Assembly (NCBI GenBank): GCA_024277355.1
Contig: JAJRVL010000011.1
Coordinates: 34,155 to 98,154, forward strand
Length of the DNA stretch: 64,000 nt
Direction of reading: 5' to 3'
From: an archaeon
GTDB taxonomy: Archaea; Iainarchaeota; Iainarchaeia; Iainarchaeales; 1-14-0-10-31-34
Part shown: positions 48,704 through 57,985 of the stretch, piece after piece
Layout of the letters: every line of letters begins with the position of its first letter
Position numbering within the stretch: the first letter of the stretch is position 1
Position numbers and translations under genes: made by a program
The notes under the pieces: model-generated
What the model was told of the DNA's origin: nothing
What the model saw: only the letters and a program-made list of their open reading frames with translations
The model's database searches: none

Positions 48704-49555
48704 TTGTCAGGAAATTGTTTAAAAGAAAAAAAAACCCCTAAAAAAATAAATATTCCCAGAAGAAAGTTTCTCAAAACCATAACTATCGGAACTACATCAA
48801 TATCTTTAGCTTATCTTTTGAGCTGTTTTCCAATTAAGCTATCTAAACTGCCTATAGAAAAAACCCATCAAACTACATTACTTGGAATGATTCATTTTAC
48901 AGACATGAAATCAAGCAAACAAGAAATTATTAATAAAACAAAAACCAATAAAAATACTTTAAAAAGCTACAATAAAGCACTTGAAGCCATTAAAAGACTG
49001 CCTGCTGGTTCAAGAATATTAATTGAAGATGCTACTCCTTTTTCAGTTAACGGAAAAAAGTATTACAGTATTTTTTCTGTTTTATCTGAAAAAGCAAGAG
49101 CAAAAGGATTAATAGTTGAAAATTATCTTCCAAGAAAAGCAATATTCAGGAGAATTGACGCATACAGTTATTTGATTGAAACATTTTATAAAAATAAAAA
49201 TCCAGAAATAATTAAAGCAAGAAAAAAAGAACTAGCTAAAAAATACAATCTTAGTTCAATAAAAAACATTAATTCTGTTGAAGAAGCAAGCACAAAATTA
49301 TATCAATATTTTGAACATATGACAAATTTTTTAATTAAATCTTACAGAAAAAAACCAGCATTAATTATTGCAGGAGATTTACATGTTGCTGCATCAAAAA
49401 AATGGCTGAAAAATGCTGAAGATATAACTCCTAAAAACACCAGAAAATACACTGAAAAAATCATGGCAAATTCAAAACAAGAATTTAAAGAACTAGTTGA
49501 ATTATTTGAAAAACACAGAGAAAAAATGGTTAAAAAATTAAAAGTTAACGGATGA
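48704..49555 (+). CDS. hypothetical Tat-signal lipoprotein
   Basis: N-terminus contains PRRKFLKTITIGTTSISLAYLLSC, a twin-arginine motif (RRxFLK) plus lipobox. Start is uncertain (TTG in track; upstream ATG at 48694 is out of frame by one across an A9 run). Confidence 0.4.
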   Translation: MSGNCLKEKKTPKKINIPRRKFLKTITIGTTSISLAYLLSCFPIKLSKLPIEKTHQTTLLGMIHFTDMKSSKQEIINKTKTNKNTLKSYNKALEAIKRLPAGSRILIEDATPFSVNGKKYYSIFSVLSEKARAKGLIVENYLPRKAIFRRIDAYSYLIETFYKNKNPEIIKARKKELAKKYNLSSIKNINSVEEASTKLYQYFEHMTNFLIKSYRKKPALIIAGDLHVAASKKWLKNAEDITPKNTRKYTEKIMANSKQEFKELVELFEKHREKMVKKLKVNG

Positions 49556-49597
49556 ATTAATAGTTAGATAAAAAAAAAAGCAACAATATAAAAAGGA

Positions 49598-49611
49598 TTT
49601 TATACATAATT
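49598..49611 (+). promoter_or_regulatory. promoter-like motif ttttatacataatt ending ~13 bp before the ispF ATG (leaderless-type spacing)
   Basis: TATA-like element begins 25 nt upstream of ATG 49624. Confidence 0.45.
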
Positions 49612-49623
49612 TTAGTGAGAGTT

Positions 49624-50145
49624 ATGCCATTTAGAGTAGGATTAGGACAAGATTCCCATAGGTTTTCTCACGTGCATGAAAAAAGACCTTTGATTTTAGG
49701 CGGAATAGAAATTAAAGATTGTTTGGGTTTAAAGGGAAATTCAGATGCAGATGTAATACTTCATGCATTATTTAATTCTCTTGCACAATTAATTGGCTGG
49801 AAAAGTTTAGGAAGCCATGCAGACAAAATGGTTAAAGAACAAGGAATAACTGATTCAAAAGAATACTTAAAAGAACCATTAAAAAAACTAAAAGAAATGA
49901 ATTATGAAATTACAACTGTAAGCATCACACTTGAATGCAAAAAACCAAAAATTGATCCGGTATCAAATGAAATAAGAACAAGTGTTGCAAAAATTCTTGG
50001 AATAAAAAAAGAACAAGTAGGAATAATTGCAACAACAGGAGAAAGATTAACTGCTTTTGGAAGAGGGGAAGGAATACAAGCATTTACAGTGATAACAGCA
50101 ATACATAAAGACATCAAAAAATTTACAGGAAAAAAAAATAAATAA
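49624..50145 (+). CDS. ispF: 2-C-methyl-D-erythritol 2,4-cyclodiphosphate synthase
   Basis: MPFRVGLGQDSHRF...LILGGIEI...GNSDADVILHAL matches the IspF metal-binding motifs (D.H..H ... SDADV.LHA). Track start is GTG at 49615. ATG at 49624 is preferred. Confidence 0.85.
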   Translation: MPFRVGLGQDSHRFSHVHEKRPLILGGIEIKDCLGLKGNSDADVILHALFNSLAQLIGWKSLGSHADKMVKEQGITDSKEYLKEPLKKLKEMNYEITTVSITLECKKPKIDPVSNEIRTSVAKILGIKKEQVGIIATTGERLTAFGRGEGIQAFTVITAIHKDIKKFTGKKNK

Positions 50146-50238
50146 ATAAATTCGTTCTTTGACGTAATATGCTTGTTAAATCAACGTAAGGTTTAAATAG
50201 TTTGAGCTATAATATTGGTATTTCGGGAAAAGATTTTT

Positions 50239-52038
50239 ATGGATAAAAATGAATTAAATTTTGGAAAATTACTGGAAAAAATTGATTCTCCAGCAGACTT
50301 AAAAAAACTAAAAGTTGAAGAATTAGAAGAATTGTCTAAAGAAGTAAGAGAAGTTTTAATTAAAACCTGTTCAGCTAACGGAGGACATATTGGGGCAAAT
50401 TTAGGAGTAGTTGAATTAAGCATTGCATTGCATTATGTTTTTAATTCTCCTCAAGACAAATTTTTGTTTGATACAAGCCATCAAAGTTATACTCACAAAT
50501 TATTGACTGGAAGGAAAAAAGATTTCCATACAATCTGCACTCCAAAAGGAATTCCAAGATTTACAGTAAGAAATGAAACTCCATTTGATAACTGGAGTGC
50601 AGGCCATGCTTCAACTGCATTAAGCGGAGCAATGGGAATGGCTGAAGCAAGAAAAACAAACAAACAAGAATATGAAGTAGTAGCAGTAACAGGCGACGGA
50701 GCATTAACCGGCGGAATGTGTTATGAAGCACTAAATAATATCGGGTATAACCAGACAGATGTAATTTTAATTTTAAATGACAACAAAATGAGCATTTCTC
50801 CTAATGTAGGTGCAATGTATAAACATTTGAAAAAGCTGTCAATGTTTGCAGACGAAAAAATTCCACGAAGAGAAGTAGGAACAATATTTGAAAAATTAGG
50901 AATTCAATATTACGGGCCGGTTGACGGCCATAACGTAAAAAAATTAGTTGAAGAATTAGAAAATTTAAAAGACTTAAAAGGACCAAAATTGCTTCATGTA
51001 TTAACCATTAAAGGAAAAGGAATGGAATACATGGAAAACGATAAAGCAACATGGCATGAGCACCCTGCATTTGATGTTGAAACCGGCCAGCCAATAAAAA
51101 AAGGACCTGCAAAAATAGAAAAAATTGCAGTTCAGGCTTTAATGGAATTAGCAGAACAAGATAAATCAATTGTGGGAATTACAGCAGCAATGCCTGCAGG
51201 AACCGCTTTAATTGAATTCAGCAAAAAATTCCCTGACAGATTTTATGATGTAGGAATAGCAGAAGAACACGCAGTTACTTTTGCAGCAGGATTAGCTGCA
51301 GAAAAAACAAAACCTTTTGTAGTAATTTACAGTCCTTTTTTGCAGAGAGCTTTTGATCAGGTAGCACATGATGTTGCATTACAGGATTTGCCGGTAAAAT
51401 TATTGGTTCCAAAAGCAGCAATAACCGGAGACGGCCCAACACAAGGAGGAATCCTTGACTTCAGTTATCTGAGAATTATTCCAAACTTAATTGTAATGGC
51501 GCCAAAAGATGAAAACGAATTAAGACATATGATTAAAACCGCACAAGAATACAATAAAGGACCAATTAGTGTCAGATACCCAAAAGGAAATGCTTTAGGA
51601 GTAGAATTAGATAAAGAAATGAAATCAATTGAAATAGGAAAAGCTGAAATGATTAAAGAAGGAAAAGACATTTCTTTGATTAGTATTGGATTTATGTTAA
51701 AAGAAACAGTTGAAGCTGCTGAGATTTTAAAGAAAGAAGGGATTGATGCTGAAGTAATTAATTCAAGGTTTGTTAAACCATTAGATAGAAAAATGATTTC
51801 TGAAAGCCTGAAAAAAACAGGAAAAGGAATCACAATAGAAGAAAATATTCTTCCCGGAGGGTTTGGTTCAGCTGTCTTGGAAATGCTTGAAGCTAAAGGA
51901 CTAAATGAAGTTGTATTGCAGAGAATAGGCGCACCAGACGAATATATTGGTTATGACAGTCCAAATGAAATCAAAAAACAGTTTGGAATGGATGCAGAAA
52001 GCATAGTAAAAAAAGTTAAAAAAATGCTTGGAAAATAA
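50239..52038 (+). CDS. dxs: 1-deoxy-D-xylulose-5-phosphate synthase
   Basis: GGHIGANLGVVELSIALHYVFNSPQDKFLFDTSHQSYTHKLLTGRK aligns closely with bacterial DXS. TPP-binding GDGALTGG. Track start is TTG at 50215. ATG at 50239 is preferred. Confidence 0.9.
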   Translation: MDKNELNFGKLLEKIDSPADLKKLKVEELEELSKEVREVLIKTCSANGGHIGANLGVVELSIALHYVFNSPQDKFLFDTSHQSYTHKLLTGRKKDFHTICTPKGIPRFTVRNETPFDNWSAGHASTALSGAMGMAEARKTNKQEYEVVAVTGDGALTGGMCYEALNNIGYNQTDVILILNDNKMSISPNVGAMYKHLKKLSMFADEKIPRREVGTIFEKLGIQYYGPVDGHNVKKLVEELENLKDLKGPKLLHVLTIKGKGMEYMENDKATWHEHPAFDVETGQPIKKGPAKIEKIAVQALMELAEQDKSIVGITAAMPAGTALIEFSKKFPDRFYDVGIAEEHAVTFAAGLAAEKTKPFVVIYSPFLQRAFDQVAHDVALQDLPVKLLVPKAAITGDGPTQGGILDFSYLRIIPNLIVMAPKDENELRHMIKTAQEYNKGPISVRYPKGNALGVELDKEMKSIEIGKAEMIKEGKDISLISIGFMLKETVEAAEILKKEGIDAEVINSRFVKPLDRKMISESLKKTGKGITIEENILPGGFGSAVLEMLEAKGLNEVVLQRIGAPDEYIGYDSPNEIKKQFGMDAESIVKKVKKMLGK

Positions 52039-52173
52039 TTACAAAAAGAATAACAGCTAATTATAAAAGAATAAAAATAATAGAAATAAAAAATTAAGGA
52101 AAAAAATAAAACTAATAAATTACTAATTAATCAAAAACTAATTAAAAAAAAGAAAAGTTGATTGCTAAAGCAA

Positions 52174-52425
52174 TCAAACACCAATTTTTAATTTTGAAGG
52201 CTGAATAATAAAACCCCAATCAGCTACTGTAAATTTTAATGGAGAACCGCCATCTCCGCCACCCATCAAAATTACAGGAACAGAATTGCTTTCTTCGTCA
52301 TCTTTAGGAACAGATGTTACTCCATCTTCAATTTCATCCCCAACAACACCAATTTGATTCCACACTGCAGAAGTAAACCCTGCAAAAGCAATTAACAAAA
52401 CTGCTAAAATTAATAATTTTTTCAT
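52174..52425 (-). CDS. small secreted hypothetical protein
   Basis: 83 aa. Signal peptide MKKLLILAVLLIAFAGFTSA, then an acidic/Gly-rich body. Confidence 0.4.
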   Translation of the reverse strand: MKKLLILAVLLIAFAGFTSAVWNQIGVVGDEIEDGVTSVPKDDEESNSVPVILMGGGDGGSPLKFTVADWGFIIQPSKLKIGV

Positions 52426-52490
52426 TTAATAAAACCTCCAAATAAACAAAACAATTAGTATATGTGTGTTTTACTTTAAAAAGTTTTAGT

Positions 52491-53330
52491 TTACAAAAAA
52501 TCCCTTGATTTTTTCCATTCAATTTCAGCTTTCTCACAAAAAGAAATAATTTTTTGTTTTTGTTCTGAAACTAAACCTTTCCAGTCAAACAAAACAAAAT
52601 CAACTTTTTCAGAAGTCTGTTTAATCATTTGTTCAAATAAAACAAAATCAACTTCATTAACATAATATTTAGATAAAATATGAGAAACCGCAATATCTGT
52701 TCTGGCCATTACTTTAGAAAAAGAAGGACAATAATGGGTTCCGCCTACTCCAATTGCTGTCTTGAAATTTGAATTAAAATTAAAAAAAGAATCCATAATA
52801 GAAAAAGCAATTATTTTTCCTGCCTGCTTATTTTTCCATTCGGTTTCATTGCTTCCAATTTCAATAAAAACTGCAGGTTTAGACAAAAAAGGGCCGTGAT
52901 GAGTTTGCTCCATTAAAACAGGCCAGTCAAAATTTTCTTTTTTTGTTTGTTCAAGTAAATTCAAAAAAAAGTTTTTCATTACTAAAGAAGAAACTGAAAC
53001 TAAAGTTTTTTCTTTTCCGCCTAAATCAGCTTTACTAAAATTTCCTATTGGGTGAACAGAAAAAGTTTTTTGTCCTGATTCACTTGAATGCTTTGAAGCA
53101 AAAATAAACAAATCAGTTTCTAATTCATCTAAAAAATCTGCGGTAACTTGTTTTTCATTAATTAAAATTAAATCAAAAATTTGTTTTTCATTAGAAAAAG
53201 AATAAATTGAATTTGAATTAAATTGTTTTTCTGTTTTCTTAAAATCAAAGCATTCAATTAAATTAGAATAAATGTTTAATCCTGCTAAATCTGTTTTAGA
53301 AACAATAATTGAAATTTTATTAAAGTTCAT
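52491..53330 (-). CDS. dtdA: D-aminoacyl-tRNA deacylase, archaeal type
   Basis: 279 aa. Overall collinear similarity to DtdA (…SKTDLAGLNI...LIECFDF...IFASKHSS...TFSVHPIGN...EQTHHGP...). Confidence 0.65.
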   Translation of the reverse strand: MNFNKISIIVSKTDLAGLNIYSNLIECFDFKKTEKQFNSNSIYSFSNEKQIFDLILINEKQVTADFLDELETDLFIFASKHSSESGQKTFSVHPIGNFSKADLGGKEKTLVSVSSLVMKNFFLNLLEQTKKENFDWPVLMEQTHHGPFLSKPAVFIEIGSNETEWKNKQAGKIIAFSIMDSFFNFNSNFKTAIGVGGTHYCPSFSKVMARTDIAVSHILSKYYVNEVDFVLFEQMIKQTSEKVDFVLFDWKGLVSEQKQKIISFCEKAEIEWKKSRDFL

Positions 53331-53347
53331 AAGAAAAAAACAAATAA

Positions 53348-53818
53348 TTATTTTTTATAACTTAAGGATAACTGGCCAAAAACATCTTCTAAATTATTTA
53401 AAGTTTGAATTAAGTTTTTTGTAACGTAATGATTGAAAGATGCTTTGAGGTCATCTCGTTCAGCAAAAGGCGCAGGATTAAATAAATACGCCTGTTTTTT
53501 TCTAACTAATAAATCAAATTCTTTCATTCGGTTTAAATGATATCTTAAAAGTTTTTCAGAGATTTTTTTTGAATTCTTTTTTTTAATATAAGACTGGATG
53601 TTTGGAACAGTAGGAAGCGTTTTAGAAAAATTCAAATAAAATAATGCATCTAATACATCTAAAACAGTGGTTCTGGATTCTTTTTCTGAAAGCAAACCAA
53701 AAGACAAAGCAAACCACCTTAACATTGAACGTTTAGTTAATTTTACATTAGGGGGGAAATCCATTGATTTAATTATGAAAGTTTTTCTAACTAAACAGCT
53801 TTCAGGTAATTCAGACAA
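53348..53818 (-). CDS. putative winged-helix DNA-binding protein
   Basis: 156 aa. KISEKLLRYHLNRMKEFDLLVRKK is an HTH-like segment. Confidence 0.3.
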   Translation of the reverse strand: MSELPESCLVRKTFIIKSMDFPPNVKLTKRSMLRWFALSFGLLSEKESRTTVLDVLDALFYLNFSKTLPTVPNIQSYIKKKNSKKISEKLLRYHLNRMKEFDLLVRKKQAYLFNPAPFAERDDLKASFNHYVTKNLIQTLNNLEDVFGQLSLSYKK

Positions 53819-53951
53819 TTTAACACCAAAACATTATTTCCTTTTCAAATAGATTATTCTCATTGATTTATTTAAGTTTTTTGGTTAAATTAAGCAAAAA
53901 TTGAATAAACGTTTAAAATAAGTTAATGTCATATAATTTTACTGATTCTAT

Positions 53952-54314
53952 ATGAGTATTTCAATTAATACAAGCTTTCTTCCATTCAAGCTTGACTTAA
54001 AAGAAAAAAAGCCTGTAAGAATGGATATTGAAGTAATAAACAGATATGATAAACCAAAAAAAGTTATTTTAGAGTTATTAGCTTCAAGTCAGATTGGATT
54101 TAACAAGACAAGCGCAACAAAAGAAAAATATGAAATTGGATTGCTTGAACCAGGACAAAGCAAAAACATCAAAATAGATATTTTTCCTAAAAATTTTGCA
54201 ATAAAAAGAGAAGAAGTAATTTCAATTACTGCAACAGAAATAACTATTGAAGATTCAGGTTATAGTTTTCCTTCAAAAAAATTCAAGAAAAACGTCGGCT
54301 TAGAAATAAAATAA
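53952..54314 (+). CDS. hypothetical protein
   Basis: 120 aa. No recognisable motifs. Confidence 0.3.
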   Translation: MSISINTSFLPFKLDLKEKKPVRMDIEVINRYDKPKKVILELLASSQIGFNKTSATKEKYEIGLLEPGQSKNIKIDIFPKNFAIKREEVISITATEITIEDSGYSFPSKKFKKNVGLEIK

Positions 54315-54315
54315 T

Positions 54316-54519
54316 TCACTTTTTTTTAGTTTTTTTTATTTCTTTTTTTTCTTCTTTTAGTTCTTCCTGAAATTCTTCTCGGTCTTCGTCATCTAAGCCT
54401 AATTGTTTAAGCATTTTATCATGGTCTTGCGGAGTAAGCTTGTCATACCATTCATTCCATATTTTATCTTCGGCTTTAGAAACGATTTTTCCTTCTATAG
54501 GTTTTTTTCGTTTAGGCAT
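54316..54519 (-). CDS. small acidic/basic hypothetical protein (MPKRKK N-terminus)
   Basis: 67 aa. Confidence 0.3.
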   Translation of the reverse strand: MPKRKKPIEGKIVSKAEDKIWNEWYDKLTPQDHDKMLKQLGLDDEDREEFQEELKEEKKEIKKTKKK

Positions 54520-54614
54520 AAATAAAAAAATCCTTGAATAATATTTAAAATACTTTCCTATAAATCAAAAAATCAATAAAAGTATTTAAAGGAATTAACT
54601 CATTAATCAATAAA

Positions 54615-55223
54615 ATGAGCAAAATTATTTCAAATCCTGACAAAAACCAGAATATAATTCTGATTGTTCCTGAAGAAAAATACCAGAATACAATTCAAGC
54701 ATTACTAAAAGAACTGGTTTCAGCAAAAAAAACAATTGTTTTTATTTCAGTTAATAAAACAAAAAAAGCATTAGAAAAAGAATTAAAAGAAAATAAAATT
54801 TCAACAGAAAAAATTTATTTTGTTGACTGTGTAAGCAAAAGTATTTCAAAAGGAAAAATTTCATGGAGCGACGAAAAAAACCAATATGTCGATAACCCAA
54901 CTTCTTTAACTCAAATAAGCCTTGCAGTATTTAAATTATTTGACCAGACAAAAATGGATTATTTAGTTTTAGATTCAATTAACACTTTGCTGATATATAA
55001 TGAAGAAAAAGAAGTGTTGAAATTTGTACATCACACAACAGGCAAACTAAAAGAAAACAACAAAACCGGTGTGTTTGTTTATTTAAAGGAAGAAATGAAT
55101 CAAACTTTGCTGAAAAAGTTTTCTCAGTTTTCCGATAAAATAATTGAAGCAAATCCCCCTGAAAAAAAAGAATTTATTAGAAAAAAAGGTTCAATGAATT
55201 CATTTGAAGAAATAAAGCTTTAA
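54615..55223 (+). CDS. KaiC-like domain protein lacking Walker A (paralog of 25613..26455)
   Basis: 202 aa. YLVLDSINTLLIYNEEKEVLKFVHHTTGKLKENNKTGVFV aligns with FMVFDSISTLLIYNDVSSVERFTHLIIGKLREWRMKGVLL of the 25613 ORF. Confidence 0.45.
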   Translation: MSKIISNPDKNQNIILIVPEEKYQNTIQALLKELVSAKKTIVFISVNKTKKALEKELKENKISTEKIYFVDCVSKSISKGKISWSDEKNQYVDNPTSLTQISLAVFKLFDQTKMDYLVLDSINTLLIYNEEKEVLKFVHHTTGKLKENNKTGVFVYLKEEMNQTLLKKFSQFSDKIIEANPPEKKEFIRKKGSMNSFEEIKL

Positions 55224-56558
55224 TCAAAAATTAAAATATTTTTTTAACTCCCATTCAGAAACCTGAGTATTATATTCAAGACATTCAGCTTTTTTTGCTT
55301 TTATAAAGCTTTCAAAGATTTTTTCGCCTAAAACATTTTTAATTAATTCATCTTTTTCTAATTCATTTAATGCTTCAGACAAAGAAGAAGGAAGTTTTTC
55401 AATTTTTAATTCACTCATTTTTTCTTCAGAAAAACCATAAACATCTTCTTCAACTGCATCAGGTGGAAAAAGATTTTTTTCTATTCCGTTTAATCCTGCT
55501 TCAAGCATTACAGCAAAAGCCAAATAAGGATTAGAAGAAGGGTCAGGGCAGCGTAATTCAATTCTTGCAGCTTTTTCTTTTTCCTTAAAAATTCTTGGAA
55601 CACGGATTAAAGCAGAACGATTAGTTGTAGCCCAGCAGATGTTTACTGGGGCTTCAAAACCAGAAACAAGTCTTTTATAAGAATTAATTGTTGGAGAAAG
55701 AACTGCGCTCATGGCTTTAATGTGTTTTAACTGCCCTGCAATAAAATTCATTGCTAAATCTGAAAGATTATGCTTAAAAGAAAAATCACAAAAAAGATTT
55801 TTTCCATTTAAGTCAAATAAAGATTGATGAACATGCATTCCTGAACCATTAATTCCAAAAACAGGTTTAGGCATAAAAGAAGCAAACAAATCAAAAGAAG
55901 ACGCAACAGATTTTACAGTCTGCTTAAAAGTTATGGCTCTGTCAGCAGTAATTAAAGCATCTCCATATTCAAAATCAATTTCATGCTGGCCAAAAGCAAC
56001 TTCATGATGAGAAGATTCAACTTTAACCCCTAACTCCAATAAAAAAGAAACAATTCTGCTTCTGACATTAGTTGCTAAATCTTTAGAAGAAAAATCAAAA
56101 TAAGAACCAGTGTCATGAGGAACAGGCCTAATATCTCCGTTAGGCTTTTCAAACAAAAAAAATTCTAATTCAGGCCCTGTATTAAAAATAAATCCTTTTA
56201 CTTTTGCTTTTTCAATTGTTTTTTTTAAAATAAATCTTGGGTCTCCTTCAAAAGGTTTCCCTTCAGGAGAAAAAACATCACAAATAAATCTTGCAGTTTT
56301 TTTATCCCAAGGCAAAACAGCATAAGTTGATGCATCAGGTTTAAGATACATGTCTGACTCATGAATTCTGGCAAAACCTTCAATAGAAGAACCATCAAAC
56401 CAAGTCCCTGTTTCTAAAGAATTCTTTAATTGAGCAGCAGGAAAATAAACGCTTTTAATGTTTCCAATTATATCCGTGAACTGAAGAACAATTTCTTCTA
56501 TTTTATCTTCTTTAACTTTATTTAAAATATTATCAAAATCAACCATAAAAAAAGACAA
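55224..56558 (-). CDS. glnA: glutamine synthetase, type I
   Basis: 444 aa. The GS beta-grasp and catalytic domains are collinear (FDGSSIEGF, MHVHQSLF, ATP-binding region). Confidence 0.85.
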   Translation of the reverse strand: MSFFMVDFDNILNKVKEDKIEEIVLQFTDIIGNIKSVYFPAAQLKNSLETGTWFDGSSIEGFARIHESDMYLKPDASTYAVLPWDKKTARFICDVFSPEGKPFEGDPRFILKKTIEKAKVKGFIFNTGPELEFFLFEKPNGDIRPVPHDTGSYFDFSSKDLATNVRSRIVSFLLELGVKVESSHHEVAFGQHEIDFEYGDALITADRAITFKQTVKSVASSFDLFASFMPKPVFGINGSGMHVHQSLFDLNGKNLFCDFSFKHNLSDLAMNFIAGQLKHIKAMSAVLSPTINSYKRLVSGFEAPVNICWATTNRSALIRVPRIFKEKEKAARIELRCPDPSSNPYLAFAVMLEAGLNGIEKNLFPPDAVEEDVYGFSEEKMSELKIEKLPSSLSEALNELEKDELIKNVLGEKIFESFIKAKKAECLEYNTQVSEWELKKYFNF

Positions 56559-56653
56559 TTTTGTTTATTTATATAGCTTTGCGGAAAAAAAGTAAACAAA
56601 AATTTAGGAAATAAGGAAAATAATAAAAACTTGTTTATACTTTAATTGATTTT

Positions 56654-57103
56654 ATGAATAAAAGTAAAAAAACGTTTAGCGAAAATTCAAGTAAAAGAGT
56701 TCTTAATGCATTAATTGAGAACTCAAGAATGTCATCAAGAGAAATCGCAAAAAAAGTCAATTTAAGCACTGCCACAGTAATAAAAAAAATAAACGAAATG
56801 AAGAAAAAAGGAATTATTAAAGGCTTTACTGCAAAAGTTGATTTTGAGAAATTAGGCTATGATTTTCCTGCTTTAATTGAAATAAGAGTTTCAAAAGGAA
56901 AATTGACTGAAGTCGAAAACAAAATAGCAAAAGACAAAAATGTAAAAGCAGTTTATGACATTACAGGGCAATTTGATGCTGCAATTTTAGCTGATTTTAA
57001 AAAAAGAAAAGAACTAAATGATTTTCTTAAAAAACTGCAAAAAATTGAATTTGTTGAACGAACTGAAGCAAAATTAATTCTGAATAAAGTAAAAGAAGAA
57101 TAG
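56654..57103 (+). CDS. Lrp/AsnC-family transcriptional regulator
   Basis: 149 aa. HTH ALIENSRMSSREIAKKVNLSTATVIKKINEMKKKGII plus a RAM domain. Confidence 0.8.
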   Translation: MNKSKKTFSENSSKRVLNALIENSRMSSREIAKKVNLSTATVIKKINEMKKKGIIKGFTAKVDFEKLGYDFPALIEIRVSKGKLTEVENKIAKDKNVKAVYDITGQFDAAILADFKKRKELNDFLKKLQKIEFVERTEAKLILNKVKEE

Positions 57104-57104
57104 T

Positions 57105-57116
57105 TTTATACATAAC
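57105..57116 (+). promoter_or_regulatory. promoter-like motif ttttatacataa upstream of the 57151 gene
   Basis: Same recurring motif, ~35-45 bp upstream of the start. Confidence 0.35.
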
Positions 57117-57150
57117 GAAAGGTTTTTATTAAAACAAATTTATTATTTGT

Positions 57151-57984
57151 TTGATGACTAGAAGAAGACACTTTAAAAGAAGCCCTGCAGGCGCTTTTGG
57201 AAAAAAACCTACTCATGGAACAGAGCTTTCTGTTGACAGGAAAATAGGCGGAGCTATAGGAAAACTAATTAAACAAAGAAAACAAGAACAAAGAAAACAA
57301 GATAAAAGAATGGCACAATTAAAAAAAATTTCAAAAACAAAACTTACTCTTGCAGAAGAACTTGAGTTAATTAAACTAAATTTAATTAAATACCAAAAAT
57401 TATTAGGAGATACTTCAAAAGGAGTAGTTACATTAAACCTTGCAGGAATAGGAAAAAAAAGGAATCTTTCTGAAAAACAACTAAAACAAATTTCAAAACT
57501 GCTTTATGAAGGAAATATTGAAGAAATAAGAAATTACAAGATAGAAACTTTAACAGAAAAAAAAAGCACTCAACTAAAAACAATAATAAAAAAATATCCT
57601 GCAAAATTAATCCCTAAACCTAAATCTTTTACTCATTTGCCTTCAGGAAACATGCTTGCAAGAATTTCAGTTGAATTAAAAATAATTAAACCAAGAAAAC
57701 AAGTACAGCAAGTAAATAAATATGGCTCCAGAATAGGAAAACCAAAGCAAATAACAGAAGAAATTGAAACTACTAGCACAGAATTATTAGTTGAATATAA
57801 TTTGAATAGTCTGCCTTCAAGAAAAAAGAAAGGAAACTTAAGAATTCAGACAATTGATGGAAAAGGAAAAGTTGGATTAATTCCTGACAGTGTTGTTTCA
57901 ATAGTAAGTCAAATAAGACAAATGCACGAAGGAAAAACAGGAACTACTCTTTTTCTTCAGGGAACTTTAACTAAAGCAAACTGA
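57151..57984 (+). CDS. hypothetical highly basic protein
   Basis: 277 aa. MMTRRRHFKRSPAGAFGKKPTHG... No recognisable domain. Confidence 0.3.
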   Translation: MMTRRRHFKRSPAGAFGKKPTHGTELSVDRKIGGAIGKLIKQRKQEQRKQDKRMAQLKKISKTKLTLAEELELIKLNLIKYQKLLGDTSKGVVTLNLAGIGKKRNLSEKQLKQISKLLYEGNIEEIRNYKIETLTEKKSTQLKTIIKKYPAKLIPKPKSFTHLPSGNMLARISVELKIIKPRKQVQQVNKYGSRIGKPKQITEEIETTSTELLVEYNLNSLPSRKKKGNLRIQTIDGKGKVGLIPDSVVSIVSQIRQMHEGKTGTTLFLQGTLTKAN

Positions 57985-57985
57985 T

